Below, piece after piece: positions 60,736 to 64,000 of a DNA stretch of 64,000 nt. The position numbers and the translations under genes were made by a program. The notes beneath the pieces were generated by a model. It saw only the letters and a list, made by a program, of their open reading frames with translations. It was not told the origin of the DNA and made no database searches. The stretch comes from Nanobdellota archaeon (GTDB taxonomy: Archaea > Nanobdellota > Nanobdellia > Woesearchaeales > JAHIVG01), in contig JAHIVG010000079.1 of NCBI GenBank assembly GCA_018816705.1, positions 8,064 through 72,063 on the forward strand, read 5' to 3'. Numbering within the stretch: the first letter of the stretch is position 1; every line of letters starts with the position of its first letter.

Positions 60736-61215
60736 TTAATTCTCAAACCAATACCTGACCATGTAAGGCAGGAGGAAGCCCACCACGAAGAGCATGGCGG
60801 GGATCAGGGCATTCTGTGGCTGGACGAAAGGGAGGAACTGCCTAAGCCAGTTGGAAAGCACGCCGACGAGCGAGAGCTTCACCACAGCCAACAGAGGAAG
60901 CACGATAAGGGCGATAGCATGATGCCTCCGGCTGAGGTGCTGCATGCCGAACACTACATGCTCGAAGACGAAGCCGAACACCAGACCGACGAACAGCATC
61001 ACAATAGAGACAAGGAGGGGTGGGGTTATGAGCATGACCGGCAAGAAGAATACGGAGATCAAGAGGATGAACACGGCGAGGATAAAGAAAGTCAGCCAAA
61101 ACCAGGTTATCTCCTGGCTGCGGTGCTTTTTCTTGTACTTGGAGATTATCTTCTCGGTGTGATCAATCTCTTTCTGGGTCCAACCCTTATCATGAAGCCT
61201 TTTCATCCATACCAA
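60736..61215 (-). CDS. Hypothetical membrane protein
   Basis: 159 aa with 4 TM segments. Confidence 0.4.
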   Translation of the reverse strand: MVWMKRLHDKGWTQKEIDHTEKIISKYKKKHRSQEITWFWLTFFILAVFILLISVFFLPVMLITPPLLVSIVMLFVGLVFGFVFEHVVFGMQHLSRRHHAIALIVLPLLAVVKLSLVGVLSNWLRQFLPFVQPQNALIPAMLFVVGFLLPYMVRYWFEN

Positions 61216-61963
61216 AACGTTTCAGTATACCTTTAAAGATCTGCCTCTCGTCCCTGGGCTCGCCTATCAGGTCCTTGGCAAGCTTCTTGATCGCGATAGA
61301 GGCCTTGCTGCTCGGATGCGAGTAGACCACGGGATGCTTGATGTGCAGCGCCTTCCTCACATTGGGGTCATCCGGGATAACAGCGATGACCTTCGCCTCA
61401 AGCAGGGTCTCGATGTTCTTCACAGCCATCTCGGATTCTTCATCCCTCACCTTGTTCACTACCACCCCTAAGATCCGTATGCCACGCCCTCGGGCGTACT
61501 TGACTATCCTCAAGGCGTCGGTGACCGCAGCGAGGTCAGGGTTCGTGACAACGATTATCTCGTCAGCGCTCTTCAGGACAGTCAAGGCTTCCTTGCCGAA
61601 GCCGGGGCTGGAATCGAAGATGATGACCTCGCCCATGCCCATCATCTCAGGCTTGAGGCGTTCAAAGCCGGAAAGGTCCACTTCCTCGATGTCCTTCATG
61701 GAGATGCTGGCAGGGATGATCTTCAGCCCGGACTGGTGCAGGAACACGACTTCGTTGATCCTCTTCTTGCCCTGCAGGACATGGTGCAGGTGATGCTTTG
61801 GTGAAGGTGCCCCGAGGTGGAGGCCGATATGCGGCCCAGAGAAGCTCCCGTCAACCACGATCACTTCGCGGCCCATGAGGGTGAGCGCTGTTCCCAGGTT
61901 CAAGGCTATGGTGGTCTTGCCCGTGCCGCCCTTGCCGGAAGTGATGACAAGGAACTTAGTCAT
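61190..61963 (-). CDS. MinD/ParA-family ATPase
   Basis: Deviant Walker A SGKGGTGKTT. The likely start is MTKFLVIT at 61963. Confidence 0.8.
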   Translation of the reverse strand: MTKFLVITSGKGGTGKTTIALNLGTALTLMGREVIVVDGSFSGPHIGLHLGAPSPKHHLHHVLQGKKRINEVVFLHQSGLKIIPASISMKDIEEVDLSGFERLKPEMMGMGEVIIFDSSPGFGKEALTVLKSADEIIVVTNPDLAAVTDALRIVKYARGRGIRILGVVVNKVRDEESEMAVKNIETLLEAKVIAVIPDDPNVRKALHIKHPVVYSHPSSKASIAIKKLAKDLIGEPRDERQIFKGILKRFGMDEKAS

Positions 61964-62411
61964 CGAGTATCGACTCCACATGTGTGAGGAATTCCTTAAG
62001 CATGGTGTAATACCCATGGATGAGGTCTATGTCCACCTTGACGATCTGGCCGTCATCAAGGGTGGCGGTCATGGTCACATGCCGCCTGAACTCGTTGCTC
62101 CTGGTGTAGGTGGACTTGCTCAGCTTCCTCAGCAGGATATAAAGGTCAAGGTGCTTGAACATCTCAAGATCGTCCTTGAAGGAATTCTTGAGCAGCTCGC
62201 AGCGCAGCATGGGGGCGGGAGGAATCTCGAATATCTTGCCCTGTTCCTTCAGCTTCTGGAGGAAGCCCTCGATGAGGTGGTCATAGAAAGATATCATGCG
62301 GCCGAATATGTTGGGGAAGATGTCCACAGTGCGTGAATATTTCAAGGTAACGTAGATCAAGTGGTCGATCCGCTTGAAGTCCTCTTTTGCATCATCTAAA
62401 TATTCGCTCAT
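61956..62411 (-). CDS. Hypothetical protein, paralog 1 of the pair upstream of the MinD-like gene
   Basis: 151 aa; the shared N-terminal motif is DFKRIDHLIYVTLKYS. Confidence 0.4.
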   Translation of the reverse strand: MSEYLDDAKEDFKRIDHLIYVTLKYSRTVDIFPNIFGRMISFYDHLIEGFLQKLKEQGKIFEIPPAPMLRCELLKNSFKDDLEMFKHLDLYILLRKLSKSTYTRSNEFRRHVTMTATLDDGQIVKVDIDLIHGYYTMLKEFLTHVESILDD

Positions 62412-62970
62412 GCTTGCCTACAATATGTTTCATTTCGCCTATAAATAGCTTTGCTTTGGAGAGGTGGTCCTTCAGCTGGTCCTTGGAGATCGAACTCAGC
62501 CTGTAGTTGTCAGAGCATATCACGAACTTGTCCTTCCGCGTGAATTCCATAGGCGAGGTCTTATGCATCTCCACAACATCATTTATCTTCCTTATGAGCT
62601 GGATGTACTCCGGGGTTATGTCGTAACGCCTCGTCGCCCTGGCCTCGAATAGCTCGAGCTGGGAGCCGAAGTCCTGCGGATAGGCCGGTATGCGCTTGAA
62701 AATGAGCTCATGGCTGAGTATGGACATGACTGCCAATTTCAGCCCTTTGTGTATGTTCAGCAAGACCGACAAAAGTATCTTGGTGTCCTGGACCAAGGGG
62801 TAAGTCACGGTCAGCATGTGGTCTGCGATAAAGAGTGCTTTCTCTGCTTCATCACGGTATCTCTGGAAGTCCTCCATCCCGGAGGCATTAAGGAATCGAG
62901 GTTTATAAAGTTTTGGCCGATTTCGGGCGGGTGAAGTCAATTTGCTACATGTCCCCCACACCCTGTCCAC
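62392..62970 (-). CDS. Hypothetical protein, paralog 2
   Basis: 192 aa; motif DFQRY...DHMLTVTYPLV. It overlaps the next gene. Confidence 0.4.
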   Translation of the reverse strand: MDRVWGTCSKLTSPARNRPKLYKPRFLNASGMEDFQRYRDEAEKALFIADHMLTVTYPLVQDTKILLSVLLNIHKGLKLAVMSILSHELIFKRIPAYPQDFGSQLELFEARATRRYDITPEYIQLIRKINDVVEMHKTSPMEFTRKDKFVICSDNYRLSSISKDQLKDHLSKAKLFIGEMKHIVGKHERIFR

Positions 62971-63150
62971 CCAATCCCCCGCCCTCCCTCAAGTAGTCTG
63001 CCTTTGAAGCTTGCATGTTGAGGCGCTAGTTTTCCCCCTTCAGCTTCCTCCCAAGGCCCACCCACCTCCATGCTTATTGCTTTGGAGGATGTCTTGAGGC
63101 AATAGCAGAACAAGCGGTCTAAGTCAAGATAATTTATACCTATGTAAGAA

Positions 63151-63489
63151 CTAGCCCTGAAGCTTGAGAATGGCCTCTGCGAGGTCTCCGTTGGCGTCCG
63201 TGATGGCCTGCTCTGCCTCTTCCTTTGAGCAATTCGCTTGTTCAGCGACCGTAGCGATGTCGTCATCGCTTATGTTCGGAGTGGTGTCAAAAGACCGCTC
63301 GATCGGAGTGCCTATGATCTGGAAGGTCTCCTGTCCCATCATGTTCACCTTGGCGACCTGGGGGGAGTCAAAGTAGATCTCCTTATCAGGTGTGCGGATG
63401 ATGACTTCGGTGGCCTCGACATCCTGCTGCTGGATGCCCATGCGCTTCATGGCCTGCTGCATCTTCCTCGGGTTCATGCCGGGGATCAT
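63151..63489 (-). CDS. nac: Nascent polypeptide-associated complex protein (NAC alpha-like)
   Basis: NAC domain (MNPRKMQQAMKRMGI...VIIRTPDKEIYF) and a C-terminal UBA-like helix bundle. The start ATG overlaps the Sec61beta stop. Confidence 0.85.
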   Translation of the reverse strand: MIPGMNPRKMQQAMKRMGIQQQDVEATEVIIRTPDKEIYFDSPQVAKVNMMGQETFQIIGTPIERSFDTTPNISDDDIATVAEQANCSKEEAEQAITDANGDLAEAILKLQG

Positions 63490-63662
63490 AAGCCGATCCA
63501 CCCCGCACCGTACTGATGGAGGATGAGAATGAGGATGATGACAACGACGATGAGGATTATGATGTGCTGGGGCTGGAACTTAATCTTTGATTTGTAATCG
63601 TCAAAGTAGCGGACTAGGCCTCCCATGCCGCTCGGCATCTGGATCTTGTCTGGTTTTGCCAT
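63486..63662 (-). CDS. Preprotein translocase subunit Sec61beta (archaeal SecG)
   Basis: 58 aa, MAKPDKIQMPSGMGGLVRYFDDYKSKIKFQPQHIIILIVVVIILILILHQ, with the Sec-beta motif GLVRYFDD plus a C-terminal TM. A TATA ttttatttataaaa lies ~25 nt upstream. Not in the ORF track. Confidence 0.7.
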   Translation of the reverse strand: MAKPDKIQMPSGMGGLVRYFDDYKSKIKFQPQHIIILIVVVIILILILHQYGAGWIGL

Positions 63663-63695
63663 GGTTCAGGTGAATGATGTTTTATTTATAAAAGT

Positions 63696-63977
63696 TGTGG
63701 GGAGTGCATAAGCCATCTTCTGTATTCTGCAACATTCGACTAAGCGCTTAAAGCTTGCACCGGCCAGGGCTCGCCGTTTCACCGCCATCTGGGGAACGTC
63801 TGCTGCGCAGCCCAGTCGCCTAGGTGTGCTGGAGCGTCATCCTTGGCCCAGAAGCGTTCGTTTCTGTGCGGTTGCCTCCCCTTTCGAGGACCCGTAGGGT
63901 GGCCTTTCGCGGTGGATGGACTTTCCTCAGCTACCAGGCTTCTCAGCCCGGTTACCGGCAGTTGCATGCACCCCCAC
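63696..63977 (-). ncRNA. rnpB: RNase P RNA
   Basis: The minus strand carries: P1 GTGGGGGTGC...GCACtCCCCAC; P4 5' strand GAGGAAAGTCC; ACAGAAA; GGCGGTGAAACGGCG (the CR-IV-like GGTGAAA); and ACAGAAGATGGCTTAT (the CR-V-like ...GGCUUA). A TATA TTTAAATA lies ~25 nt upstream. Confidence 0.75.
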
Positions 63978-64000
63978 GAGAAGGAGTATTTAAATGGGGT

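Noticed and set aside
62937-63266. 109-aa minus-strand ORF
   Set aside because: It spans the intergenic C-rich repeat and overlaps the 3' end of the NAC gene. Its Ser/Arg/Pro composition suggests a non-coding frame.
63779-63967. 62-aa minus-strand ORF
   Set aside because: It lies within the RNase P RNA gene, which has conserved P4, CR-IV and CR-V motifs. The coding call is spurious.

Overview
Archaeal chromosomal segment, about 55% GC. The call rests on MCM, TBP, Orc1/Cdc6, RtcB+archease, RNase J, Sec61beta, NAC alpha, an RNase P RNA and intron-bearing tRNAs.

Content is mostly housekeeping:
- A replication-gene neighbourhood (partial OB-fold/RPA-like gene, MCM, TBP) sits next to an intergenic region carrying two ORB-like dyads.
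- A pyrimidine de novo cluster is split into two blocks: a single-ORF PyrD-PyrK fusion with prs, and pyrB-pyrI-pyrC-pyrE-pyrF. pyrG and a pyrH-like kinase lie elsewhere.
- Translation/RNA genes: seryl-tRNA synthetase, RtcB/archease, RNase J, a tRNA-Leu(CAA) that appears to carry three introns, tRNA-His(GTG) with one intron, and RNase P RNA.
- Secretion and envelope: SecD/SecF, Sec61beta-NAC, a MacB-type ABC export locus with a surface protein, a 2TM K+ channel, and a pilin-like glycoprotein pair.
- Metabolism: glutamate dehydrogenase, cysteine desulfurase, thioredoxin reductase, ribulose-phosphate 3-epimerase, and a BadF/BcrAD-type double ATPase fused to and paired with 2-hydroxyacyl-CoA-dehydratase-like domains.

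The most unusual material is non-coding:
- Three families of dispersed intergenic elements with inverted-repeat/hairpin architecture recur at six or more loci. Two families (X and Z) show compensatory substitutions between copies, which suggests unannotated structured RNAs (or possibly MITE-like elements); family Y is repeated sequence blocks without such covariation.
- Other items worth a second look: three tandem paralogous coiled-coil proteins, one with an (HPPP)n tract; a MinD-like ATPase operon with two paralogous small proteins; operator-like palindromes upstream of a wHTH/ABC operon; and three AT-rich islands that are probably foreign.

No CRISPR array, transposase or rRNA was seen.

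All calls are from reading the sequence and ORF translations; no database search was run.
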